From: Bdellovibrionales bacterium
GTDB taxonomy: Bacteria > Bdellovibrionota > Bdellovibrionia > Bdellovibrionales > JAGQZY01
Direction: 5' to 3'
Assembly: GCA_964230645.1 (NCBI GenBank)
Contig: CAXRHT010000002.1
Location: forward strand, 1,891,175 to 1,955,174
Length of the DNA stretch: 64,000 nt
Shown here: positions 21,308 through 29,998 of the stretch, one piece after another
How the letters are laid out: each line of letters opens with the position of its first letter
How positions within the stretch are numbered: the first letter of the stretch is position 1
The notes under the pieces: model-generated
Database searches by the model: none
The model's input: the letters and a program-made list of their open reading frames with translations, nothing else
What the model was told of the DNA's origin: nothing
Made by a program: the position numbers and the translations under genes

Positions 21308-21489
21308 ACCAGTCTTTGTGGAATTCCCGAGAGGAAATCTTGGAGATCTGGACTGAGGCACGCACCCGGGTGCATTTCGTCTCCCGGATTGCACCACTTT
21401 GTGGCGCAACCCGAGATACGCAACGCTCGTTGCTTGAGCCTCCGCCCAGATCTCCAAGATTTCCTCTCGGGAATTCCACAAAGACTGGT
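21308..21489. repeat. Palindromic element copy 2 (REPIN/MITE-like)
   Basis: Perfect 44-bp inverted arms 21308-21351 / 21446-21489 around the shared core; lies between the convergent uvrA and ABC exporter genes. Confidence 0.92.
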
Positions 21490-21548
21490 TTCTTTCAAAA
21501 CTTATAAGTGGTGAGTTTGGCTAGTGCTGGGTAAGGGTTAATTTGGTT

Positions 21549-23396
21549 TTATTGGATGTATTGGAGGTTGTAGAAGCGGGCGTATTCGCCGTTTTTGGTT
21601 ATGAGTTCGTCGTGGGTGCCTTGTTCTACGATTTCGCCTTTTTTCATGACTATGATTCTGTCGCTGTTTTTAATTGTGGATAGTCTGTGGGCTATGACTA
21701 GGGCTGTTCGACCTTTTAGTAGGGTTTCTATGCCTTTTTGGACTTCTAATTCTGAGGCTGAGTCTAGTGCACTTGTGGCTTCGTCTAGAATTAGAATAGG
21801 TGGATCTTTGAATACGGCTCTTGCAATGCTTAGTCTTTGTTTTTCGCCACCAGACAGACGGCCGCCTCTTTCACCGACACCTGATTTTAAGCCTTTTTCT
21901 AAGTTATCAATAAATACGGAAGCGTTAGCCATTTGGGCTGCGGCGGGGATATCCTTTGGGTTTCTTTTTAGGTTTCCGAATTGGATGTTGTTTTCGATGG
22001 TTTCATCAAAAAGAAACACGTCTTGAGTGACGTAACCGATTTGACTGCGCAGGTCTTCGGTTTTCATTTTATCAAGCTCTACGTTGCCGATTGTGATTTC
22101 CCCACCTTTGGGGTCAAAAAATCTCTGTAGAAGTCCAGCAAGGGTGGATTTTCCAGAACCGCTCTCCCCCACTAGAGCCACAACCTCACCTTTTTTAATA
22201 TCAAGATCAATACCCTTTAAAACGGGGGACTCTCCATAGGCAAAGCTAACATTTTTAAACTTAATCTCTGACCACTCGCTTGGGAAAGGAATTGGGTTAT
22301 CTGGTTCTTTCACTTCCGTTTTGCTATCAAGAACTTCTTGCAGGCGTTCCATGGCAACAACGTTCTGCTGGATGCGGATGATCGCTTGCTGGGTTTTCTT
22401 CACAGGTTTATCGAGAAGACCGGCTGCAAAAATAAAACCGAGAAAGCTTGCAATTGAAGACTCGCCTCTCCAAATTTGTTCTATTTGAAATATGATAATT
22501 CCGCAGGCTAATACTGAAACCACCCACTCATTGATGGGACTTCCAATCTCCTCCCGGATGATAATATTTTTTCTTTTGTCTAAATACTCATGGACTTGTC
22601 CAAAGAAACGACTTTTCATTTTGTCTTGCAGGTTAAAGGATTGGATCACTCGAACACCATCAAGCCCTTCTTTTAACGTTTTGGTGACCTCTTCGAGGAC
22701 CTGCTGACTTTGATGCCCAATTCTTTTGAGACTTTTGGTAACATAGCGAATCACTAAAACAATCACAGGAAGGAAGGCAAAGCAGACAAGCGTCAGCTTC
22801 CAGTTGTTAAGAAATAAAAAGGCCAATAGAAATAGACCGACTAGGGGCTCACGGATTAGATCTCCATAATACTGCAAACCATTTTGTAAAACGATGGTAT
22901 CGTTTAAAGTTCGGCTGAGTAACCCGCCCGATCCTGTTTTTTGCCGGCCCAAGTACATGACATCAAGATCCATAAATTTATTCATAAGTGAGAGGCGAAC
23001 ATCAGAAATGACTTTCTCACTGATATATTTCACGAAGAAAAAATGAAAAAATCGGATCACTCCAAATACTAAATAATAAATGGGGAAAATGAATGCTACA
23101 CCTTTAACAATGTCCTTACTCGACAAGTTATAAATCCAATGATTTTCAGGAAGGTCGACAAAGTTTAAAACCTTCATCATATCTTTATTGGCCTTAATTC
23201 CAGGGTCTTGAGCTGTGAAGTCTCCTCCAGAATCAGCGATTTTAGACATTGTCTCTAGCACAGACAAAATCAACTGCACTAAGGCTGGCAAAACCACAGT
23301 TAAAGCGGCGTATAGAACCCCTAGAAAGAGCGTGAAAAAGATTTGTCCCTTATAGGGTTTGAGGAAGGGCCAAACGCGAAACCATGACTTTAACAT
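21549..23396 (-). CDS. MsbA-like ABC exporter (TMD+NBD)
   Basis: Multi-TM N-terminal half; GESGSGKST, LSGGEKQRLSIARA, ILDEATSALD and IAHRLSTI. Start uncertain (23396 or 23432). Confidence 0.9.
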   Translation of the reverse strand: MLKSWFRVWPFLKPYKGQIFFTLFLGVLYAALTVVLPALVQLILSVLETMSKIADSGGDFTAQDPGIKANKDMMKVLNFVDLPENHWIYNLSSKDIVKGVAFIFPIYYLVFGVIRFFHFFFVKYISEKVISDVRLSLMNKFMDLDVMYLGRQKTGSGGLLSRTLNDTIVLQNGLQYYGDLIREPLVGLFLLAFLFLNNWKLTLVCFAFLPVIVLVIRYVTKSLKRIGHQSQQVLEEVTKTLKEGLDGVRVIQSFNLQDKMKSRFFGQVHEYLDKRKNIIIREEIGSPINEWVVSVLACGIIIFQIEQIWRGESSIASFLGFIFAAGLLDKPVKKTQQAIIRIQQNVVAMERLQEVLDSKTEVKEPDNPIPFPSEWSEIKFKNVSFAYGESPVLKGIDLDIKKGEVVALVGESGSGKSTLAGLLQRFFDPKGGEITIGNVELDKMKTEDLRSQIGYVTQDVFLFDETIENNIQFGNLKRNPKDIPAAAQMANASVFIDNLEKGLKSGVGERGGRLSGGEKQRLSIARAVFKDPPILILDEATSALDSASELEVQKGIETLLKGRTALVIAHRLSTIKNSDRIIVMKKGEIVEQGTHDELITKNGEYARFYNLQYIQ

Positions 23397-23553
23397 GCAA
23401 ATGAACTTGGCAAAATTTCCCCATAACATCAATTCTTTTTTGACTGGCCCTTAGACAGCTCTCAAAATGAGTCACTTTTTCTTAAACACCCACCTCAAAA
23501 AGCTAGGTAATAACAGTACTTTACAAAATGTGACTAAATTCTTCGCAGCACTG

Positions 23554-23580
23554 TAAAGTTGTCCACTTTTTTGACGATAA
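23554..23580 (+). promoter_or_regulatory. sigma28 (FliA)-type promoter
   Basis: TAAA-N15-GACGATAA, one mismatch to TAAA-N15-GCCGATAA, 38 nt upstream of ATG 23619. Confidence 0.6.
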
Positions 23581-23618
23581 GGAGGTGTAGAAATTATTGA
23601 CGGCAAGGAGTTTGCGGA

Positions 23619-25172
23619 ATGATCAATTGGGATGAGTTCGAACATATTCACGTAATTAAAAAGTTAAAGCTAATTCTATCCTCGTGGTGGAATATCGATG
23701 TTATTTTCACTGATGAAAGAGGACGTATTCGAGGCTTTAAAGATAGCGGCATCACTAACCCTGCCGTTCAGGCCTTTCTTGGCAAAGAAGCCAATCAAGA
23801 AAGTCTTGGTGACGAGGTTTCTAAAGCCATTACTGAAATGCAAACCAATGAAACTCGTTTCTCACTCACTAAAGTTTCCCATGCTGGCTACGATATGGCT
23901 ATCTTCCCAATTGTTATTGATGGGGAATTCATGGGAACTGTAGTTGGTATTGGATTCATCAAAGACACTAGCGAAGCCAACCGCATCGAAGAGGTAAAAG
24001 ATCGTTTGGGACAACAAGGTGAGAGCCGTGACACCATCGATTTCGCTGTATCTAAGGTTCGCTTCCTTGATGATAACGACCGGGCTCATTTTATTGACCT
24101 CGTTGACCTTGTTTCTCGAGAGATTGTGACTCTTCACCTTGAAATCACCAACAGAGAAGAGCGCATCAGAGAACTTAATAAAGAACTAGGAAGTCGCTAC
24201 AAATACGACAATATGATTGGTAAATCTCAGGCGATGCAGAGTACCTACGCACTTCTTGATAAAATCAAGGGCGCTGATAGTACCGTACTGATCCAAGGGG
24301 AAAACGGAACAGGAAAAGAATTGATCGCAAAATCGATTCACTATAACTCGATCCGTTCGAACAAGCCTTTTGTGATCCAAAACTGTTCAGCCTTTAACGA
24401 TAATCTTCTTGAATCTGAACTTTTTGGACACGTAAAGGGATCTTTTACCGGAGCTCATAAAGACAAAAAAGGTCTTTTTGAGATTGCCGACAAAGGAACT
24501 TTCTTCCTTGATGAGATTGGGGACACCTCTCCACAGATGCAAGTAAAACTTCTTCGCGTTCTACAAGAGGGAACTTTCACACCTGTGGGAGCTCTTGAAG
24601 GCAGAAAAGTGGATGTGCGAGTGATTGCCGCCACCAACAGAAACCTTCGTGAAATGGTTGAAAAAGGCACTTTCCGTGAAGATTTATTCTATCGTCTTAA
24701 TGTTATTAACTTGCGCGTTCCACCTCTTAGAGAAAGAAAAGAAGATATTCCTCTTCTCTCTGAGTACTTTATTGATGTGGCTTGCAAACGTTCTGGAATT
24801 GGTAAACGTGTTCTTACCAAAAGAGCCCTTGAGAAACTTTATGATTATCACTGGCCAGGAAACGTCCGTGAACTTCAAAACGAAATGGAAAGAATTGTGG
24901 TTCTAAGTGGAGAAGAGACCAAAATCACCGGCGATATGCTTTCACCAAAGATTATTGAGGGTGGTCAAAAAAGTAAGGTGCAAGGTACACGAGTGACTGG
25001 AAAGCTTAAAGACGCCATCGAAGAGTTAGAGATGCAAATGATCAAAGAAGGTTTGCGTCGCACTGGGTGGAACAAATCAAAGCTTGCAAAAGAGCTTGGT
25101 ATCAGTCGTGCTGGTCTTATCATGAAAGTTGAAAAATATGATCTTGATAAGAGAAGAGTTAGAAAAAGCTAA
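23619..25172 (+). CDS. sigma54-dependent transcriptional activator with N-terminal PocR-like sensor domain
   Basis: GENGTGKE, ESELFGHVKGSFTGA, FLDEIG, FREDLFYRL, WPGNVREL and a Fis-type HTH. N-terminal HAG...PIVIDGEFMG fits PocR. Confidence 0.93.
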   Translation: MINWDEFEHIHVIKKLKLILSSWWNIDVIFTDERGRIRGFKDSGITNPAVQAFLGKEANQESLGDEVSKAITEMQTNETRFSLTKVSHAGYDMAIFPIVIDGEFMGTVVGIGFIKDTSEANRIEEVKDRLGQQGESRDTIDFAVSKVRFLDDNDRAHFIDLVDLVSREIVTLHLEITNREERIRELNKELGSRYKYDNMIGKSQAMQSTYALLDKIKGADSTVLIQGENGTGKELIAKSIHYNSIRSNKPFVIQNCSAFNDNLLESELFGHVKGSFTGAHKDKKGLFEIADKGTFFLDEIGDTSPQMQVKLLRVLQEGTFTPVGALEGRKVDVRVIAATNRNLREMVEKGTFREDLFYRLNVINLRVPPLRERKEDIPLLSEYFIDVACKRSGIGKRVLTKRALEKLYDYHWPGNVRELQNEMERIVVLSGEETKITGDMLSPKIIEGGQKSKVQGTRVTGKLKDAIEELEMQMIKEGLRRTGWNKSKLAKELGISRAGLIMKVEKYDLDKRRVRKS

Positions 25173-25197
25173 GTTCTGAAAACTCAAATCTTTAAAC

Positions 25198-25229
25198 AAA
25201 AAAGGCTATCCTGTGGATAGCCTTTTTTT
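25198..25229. terminator. Bidirectional intrinsic terminator
   Basis: AAAAAAGGCTATCC-TGT-GGATAGCCTTTTTT between convergent genes. Confidence 0.85.
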
Positions 25230-25491
25230 ATTCCTTCTCGGGAACTTCTTTTAGATTCCTCTCAACGATGGATTTCTCGGGAACAAAAAGAGTCAGTTTC
25301 GTCTCTTGGTTGGCCAAGATTTGCTTAACCCCTTCTTTGGTTAGCTCTTTTTTCTTTAGAGTAATATCTTCAGTATCAGATGTGAGATAAATATTGTTTT
25401 TGTCGTCGCTCACATATGTGCCACTTATTTCAACATTTTCACCAGCCCAGACGAATAATAGGCTAAAAAAAAGCGATAGAAACCCATTCAT
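25228..25491 (-). CDS. Small secreted hypothetical protein
   Basis: ATG 25491 preceded by GGAGAGGAG; signal-like MNGFLSLFFSLLFVWA. Confidence 0.65.
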   Translation of the reverse strand: MNGFLSLFFSLLFVWAGENVEISGTYVSDDKNNIYLTSDTEDITLKKKELTKEGVKQILANQETKLTLFVPEKSIVERNLKEVPEKE

Positions 25492-25802
25492 TTTTAAGCT
25501 CCTCTCCTTTCGGAGTTTGACCTTAATTTTCTCACTAGTTTTGAATAGAAGCAACTAAGCGGACAAAACACGAATCATTTAGAAGGACCTCCTCTACCCC
25601 GTCGATTTTATAGACTGATCTGTAAGTTTTATAAGTGATCAAACTGCCTGTTCTCTTTTCGATTGTGAAAAAACTACCCGAGACAAAACAAGGTCCTTTC
25701 GCACGTATATGTAAATGGTTGTTTTTAAATAGGTTTTTTGAGTCAAAATCTTTTATTTTGTGATCTCAATCTGTGAAATTTTCAAAAATTTTGGACAAAA
25801 AA

Positions 25803-25818
25803 CGGCACAGGAATTGAA
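25803..25818 (+). promoter_or_regulatory. Possible sigma54 promoter (-12 variant)
   Basis: CGGCAC-AGGAA-TTGAA: correct spacing, but GA instead of GC at -12. Confidence 0.35.
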
Positions 25819-25850
25819 TACTATAACTGTAGTTAATCGTTGAAAAAAAT

Positions 25851-26786
25851 GTGGAGGATGTGGGAACTATGGATAAGATTATCAACACAGTGAGCACAAT
25901 ATTTAAAGAACGCTACGGGGCTCAACTCAAGATCGATAGAAATTTGGGGGAGTCGAACCAAAAACCTTTTTTTAAAAGTCATTGGAAAAACACCTTTGTT
26001 TATTCACAAACAATGCGGCAAGTGAGCTTTCCAATTTTCAATTTAAAAAAGGAATTAAAAGCCATTGCGACAGCAAGCCCTGTAGAAAGTCAGGATGCGG
26101 TTGTTTTTGATGAAATGGCTCAATTTTTACAGCTTACCATCGCTGAGCATATTGAACTCACTGAACAGGTCGATTTTAAAGAGCTGACTCAGCAAGTAAT
26201 TGAACATGCCCATAGTGATCAGAATAAGGTTGTTGAGTTGAAGACTCGTAAAAAAGTTGAAACTCCGGTTATTGAGTACAAGCGTCGAAAAATTAATCGG
26301 GAGCCTGATTTACAGCCTATTTGGCTAAGTGGGTCCAACGAAAACTTTAATTCTCAAATTGCCTTCTCAGTGCACGATTGGATTTCTAATTGGGCTTTTA
26401 TTAATGCTAAAGAAATACCTGATCTTATTTGGAAAGATCCCCACAGTTGGAGAAATTTTCCGCAGGTCACAATTTTTATTCCGGACATACCAAGTTTATC
26501 GGAAAAGAAATTAGAGGTCCTTAAACGAAACTTGGCGGATTTACGAAAAATCAAAGGTAAAAAGCCGATGGTTGTGGTGACAAGTCCCATAGAGATCAGT
26601 GATGAACTCAATTATTTTAGGGAGTCATTTAAACATTACACTGTAAACGAAAACCTTTCAGCCCGCGTGCAGGCTCACTTCTTACTTTATCATCATAAGA
26701 AAAATAGCCTCGGTACTTACTCCGATGAAAAGACAAAAGGTCTCTACTTCTTGCCTTTCTCGCCTAGTCCGACACGTGTTCACTAA
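25851..26786 (+). CDS. Hypothetical protein with degenerate sigma54-activator-like AAA region
   Basis: 311-aa ORF. PIWLSGSNENFNSQIAFSVHD...AFIN...TIFIPDIPSLSEKK parallels the bEBP layout without Walker residues. Start may be ATG 25869. Confidence 0.6.
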   Translation: MEDVGTMDKIINTVSTIFKERYGAQLKIDRNLGESNQKPFFKSHWKNTFVYSQTMRQVSFPIFNLKKELKAIATASPVESQDAVVFDEMAQFLQLTIAEHIELTEQVDFKELTQQVIEHAHSDQNKVVELKTRKKVETPVIEYKRRKINREPDLQPIWLSGSNENFNSQIAFSVHDWISNWAFINAKEIPDLIWKDPHSWRNFPQVTIFIPDIPSLSEKKLEVLKRNLADLRKIKGKKPMVVVTSPIEISDELNYFRESFKHYTVNENLSARVQAHFLLYHHKKNSLGTYSDEKTKGLYFLPFSPSPTRVH

Positions 26787-26819
26787 ATCTTTTTAAAAGA
26801 AAAATAGATGTATTTTATA

Positions 26820-26852
26820 GAAGCCAATTTCTCACCAAGGAGATTGGCTTTT
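26820..26852 (+). terminator. Intrinsic terminator
   Basis: AAGCCAATTTCT...GGAGATTGGCTTTT stem-loop with T-tract. Confidence 0.65.
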
Positions 26853-26911
26853 CTATTTGCCGCACGGTAGTATCCCTGCACCTATCTCCTATTCAGGGGT
26901 AGCCTTTACTG

Positions 26912-27922
26912 ATGGGCGATTTTAAAACTTTTCTTGATTCTCATTTAAAAACTTCTGAATACAATATTGTTCCTCTGGCTGGTGATGCCTCCACTCGACG
27001 CTACTATCGAGTGATCGCTGGCAAGAATAGCTGGGTCCTTATGGAATGGGAGCCTTTTGAAAAAGTGGATGATTTTCCTTTTTTGTCGGTTCAACAGTAT
27101 TTTGATAAAAATCAGGTGCGAGTCCCCAAGGTTCATCATTATGACTCGCAACAAGGACTTTTTCTTTTAGAAGACCTTGGTGACCTAACCTTAGAGAGAC
27201 GTTTCTGGGAATTTCAGAATCAAGATGTCATCCTCCCCTTTTATCAAAAAACCCTGGACGAGCTCATCAAGATCCACTCATTAAACTTTGAAGAAAAGCA
27301 GGCGAAAAGCTGCTCAGCCTATAAAATAGAATTTAACGTGGACAAACTCCTTTGGGAAATGAATTACGCCAAGAAATTTTTGCTCAAAGGATTTCTCAAT
27401 CTCGAACTTAGCCCTGATTTGGAACAGAAATTAGAGCAGGAATTTCAATCCATCTGTGAAGAACTTTATCAATCTCCTCAAGTAATATGTCATAGGGATT
27501 TTCATTCAAGAAACGTTATGCTTCACTACAACGATCTCGTCGTTATAGACTTTCAAGACGCTCGGATGGGCCCACCCGTGTACGACCTGGTCAGCCTGTT
27601 TTGTGATTCCTATGTAGAGCTCTCTGATAAATCACAGGAAGAGCTGATGAAATATTATGTTTCAAATTTTCCTCATTTTGACAAACTTCAGCTAACACCA
27701 AGTCAATGGAATCGTTTCTACGATATTCAGGTCGTGCAAAGATGTTTTAAAGCCTGTGGTAGCTTTGCGAGTTTTAAAGTCAACAGGGACGATAACCGTT
27801 ATCTTCATTACATACCTCGAACTCTAGAAAGAGTTTGTGAGTACCTGGGAAAAACTGAATCGGCTCCAGAGCTTCTCAAAGTTCTTCAGGATTCCAAAGT
27901 GAAATGGGACGTTAAGAAATGA
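26912..27922 (+). CDS. amgK: AmgK-like N-acetylmuramate/GlcNAc anomeric kinase
   Basis: LAGDASTRRYYR, LLEDLGD, HRDFHSRNVM, IDFQDARMGP, YDLVSL and KACGSF; coupled to a nucleotidyltransferase. Confidence 0.85.
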   Translation: MGDFKTFLDSHLKTSEYNIVPLAGDASTRRYYRVIAGKNSWVLMEWEPFEKVDDFPFLSVQQYFDKNQVRVPKVHHYDSQQGLFLLEDLGDLTLERRFWEFQNQDVILPFYQKTLDELIKIHSLNFEEKQAKSCSAYKIEFNVDKLLWEMNYAKKFLLKGFLNLELSPDLEQKLEQEFQSICEELYQSPQVICHRDFHSRNVMLHYNDLVVIDFQDARMGPPVYDLVSLFCDSYVELSDKSQEELMKYYVSNFPHFDKLQLTPSQWNRFYDIQVVQRCFKACGSFASFKVNRDDNRYLHYIPRTLERVCEYLGKTESAPELLKVLQDSKVKWDVKK

Positions 27923-28905
27923 TTTGTTTTCTCCTTACCGCCGGAGAGGGGCGAAGACTTCGCCCCACCACAGAAAAACACATCAAACCCTCTCTTCCTT
28001 TTCTAAATCTACCTTTAGCCTACTACGGATTTTATTTGGCAAAAAAAGCGGGTTTTCAAAATTTCCTTATGAACAAACACCATCTTCCCGATCAGGTCGA
28101 TCAACTCGCAAAAAATTTGAGAGAATATACAGACAGCGTTGAAACAGTCGATGAAACCGCAAAGCTTCTTGGTAGTGGCGGCGCCCTTTGGAATGCCCGC
28201 AAAATATTACAAAACAATGAGCATTTTCTAGTGGCAAACGGTGATGAAGTTTTATTTCCTCAGAATGATCAGGTTATTAAACACCTGGTAGAAAGCCATA
28301 AAAATTCGGGAGCTCTTTGCACTCTACTGACCTGTGACCATCCTGATCTACTAAAGTCTCTGAAGCCTGTCTGGATCAACAACCAAAATGAAGTCCAAGG
28401 CTTTGGCATGGAACCTATTAATTCCCAGTCAAAGCCTGTGCACTACACGGGTTATAAGATATTTTCCCGTAGAATCTTTGATTATCTGCCAGAAGGCGAA
28501 TCGAACATATTCTATGACGTAGTAAAAAATGCGCTAACTTGCGGGGAAAAAGTTAAAGTTATGTCTATGGATAAAGCTGTATGGCATGAAACCGGAAATT
28601 TTGCTTCTTTTATAAAAGCTTCACTTTCTGTCGCTGTTGAGCAACTCGAGGCTGTTAACCGGCGTCTCGATTTTTTTGGTAAATCCCGAGTTTTATGCTC
28701 TAAAGGGTCCGATTCTTTCTTAGTTGCTCCAAAGTCTTTTGATACTGGAACGGGAAAAAACTGGAAAGGTTTTATCGGAATTGGCGAAAACTCTTTAGTC
28801 AATGCCGAAACTCAATTGGAAAACGTCATTGTGAATTCCAATATCAAAATCACCGCCCCTGGCCCTTTTAAAAACCAATTTATTATGGAAGATGACAATG
28901 TTTAA
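27919..28905 (+). CDS. murU: MurU-like sugar-1-phosphate nucleotidyltransferase
   Basis: LLTAGEGRRLRPTT..KP, LGSGGAL and ANGD; lies between amgK and anmK. Confidence 0.75.
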   Translation: MICFLLTAGEGRRLRPTTEKHIKPSLPFLNLPLAYYGFYLAKKAGFQNFLMNKHHLPDQVDQLAKNLREYTDSVETVDETAKLLGSGGALWNARKILQNNEHFLVANGDEVLFPQNDQVIKHLVESHKNSGALCTLLTCDHPDLLKSLKPVWINNQNEVQGFGMEPINSQSKPVHYTGYKIFSRRIFDYLPEGESNIFYDVVKNALTCGEKVKVMSMDKAVWHETGNFASFIKASLSVAVEQLEAVNRRLDFFGKSRVLCSKGSDSFLVAPKSFDTGTGKNWKGFIGIGENSLVNAETQLENVIVNSNIKITAPGPFKNQFIMEDDNV

Positions 28906-29998
28906 GAACTCCAAAAAACAGATCAAAGCCTTAGGTATCATGAATGGAACAAGTCTCGATGCCATTGATTACGGGTTGATTCGTGCCGATTCCAGTCTTA
29001 AAAATTTGAAATTCTTAAAACATCAACAAAAAGCCATTCCTAAAAAACTAAAAGAGCAGCTCCTTAGGTGTGCACAGAATAAAACCACCACCTATGAAAT
29101 CGCACAAATTCAAACGGATCTTGGAAAGCTTTATGGAAAACATATCAAAGAATTAAAGATGGAATGGTCTTGGGATATCGTGGGCCTGCACGGTCAGACC
29201 GTATTCCACGAGGGTAAAAAATCCACTCTGCAAATCGGAATCCCTCACTTTATCCACAAGGAAAAACCAAAACCTGTGTTTTTTGACTTCCGCACACCAG
29301 ATGTTATCTCTGGTGGAGAGGGAGCGCCCTTTGCTCCCTTTTTTCACAATCAAATTGCTAAAAACCAAGGTCTCAATTTTGCAGCCTTCCATAATTTAGG
29401 GGGGATTTCCAACCTCACCTACCTCAATGGAACCACTCAATTGGCTTTTGATACAGGGCCTGCCAATATTCTATTAGACGCCTGGATACAAAAAAAGAAA
29501 AACAAAAGTTTTGATAAGAATGGGGAGATTTCTAGCCACGGGATACCCGATCCTTTGACAGTGAACGAATTTTTAAAACATCCTTTCTTTAAGAAAAGAC
29601 CACCGAAAAGCACTGGGCGAGAAGATTTTGATCTGGAGTTCGTGTTGAAATATGGTGGGAAGACTTTTAAACAATTGAGCTTTGAAGATCAAATGGCAAC
29701 ACTCACCGAAGTGAGCGCACGCTCAATCGCACAAGCTTATCTTAAACTACCCACTCCTCCGAAAACTATTTATTTCTATGGAGGGGGGACGCAAAACACC
29801 TATTTAATGAAACGAATTTCCCAGAATTTACCTGAAATTAGCATTGAAAATAGTGACACTATTGGTTGGCCCACTCAAGCCATGGAGTCCGCCACCTTTG
29901 CTTTCTTAGCGGCGGCAAGATTTTACAATAAAAAAGTACATCTCCCGCAGTTGACGGGAGCAAAGAAGGCTTGCTTTCTTGGAAGCGTTTACCTCTGA
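28892..29998 (+). CDS. anmK: Anhydro-N-acetylmuramic acid kinase
   Basis: GIMNGTSLDAID, HGQTVFH, DFR..D...GGEGAP, NLGGISN, FDTGPAN and KSTGRE. Confidence 0.95.
   Translation: MTMFKNSKKQIKALGIMNGTSLDAIDYGLIRADSSLKNLKFLKHQQKAIPKKLKEQLLRCAQNKTTTYEIAQIQTDLGKLYGKHIKELKMEWSWDIVGLHGQTVFHEGKKSTLQIGIPHFIHKEKPKPVFFDFRTPDVISGGEGAPFAPFFHNQIAKNQGLNFAAFHNLGGISNLTYLNGTTQLAFDTGPANILLDAWIQKKKNKSFDKNGEISSHGIPDPLTVNEFLKHPFFKKRPPKSTGREDFDLEFVLKYGGKTFKQLSFEDQMATLTEVSARSIAQAYLKLPTPPKTIYFYGGGTQNTYLMKRISQNLPEISIENSDTIGWPTQAMESATFAFLAAARFYNKKVHLPQLTGAKKACFLGSVYL

Noticed and set aside
15410..21507. Short ORFs with mutual similarity (ARTRVHFVSR...RDTQRSLLEP) at 15410-15749 and 21270-21507
   Set aside because: These are translations of the GC-rich palindromic repeat, with no RBS and open frames on both strands.
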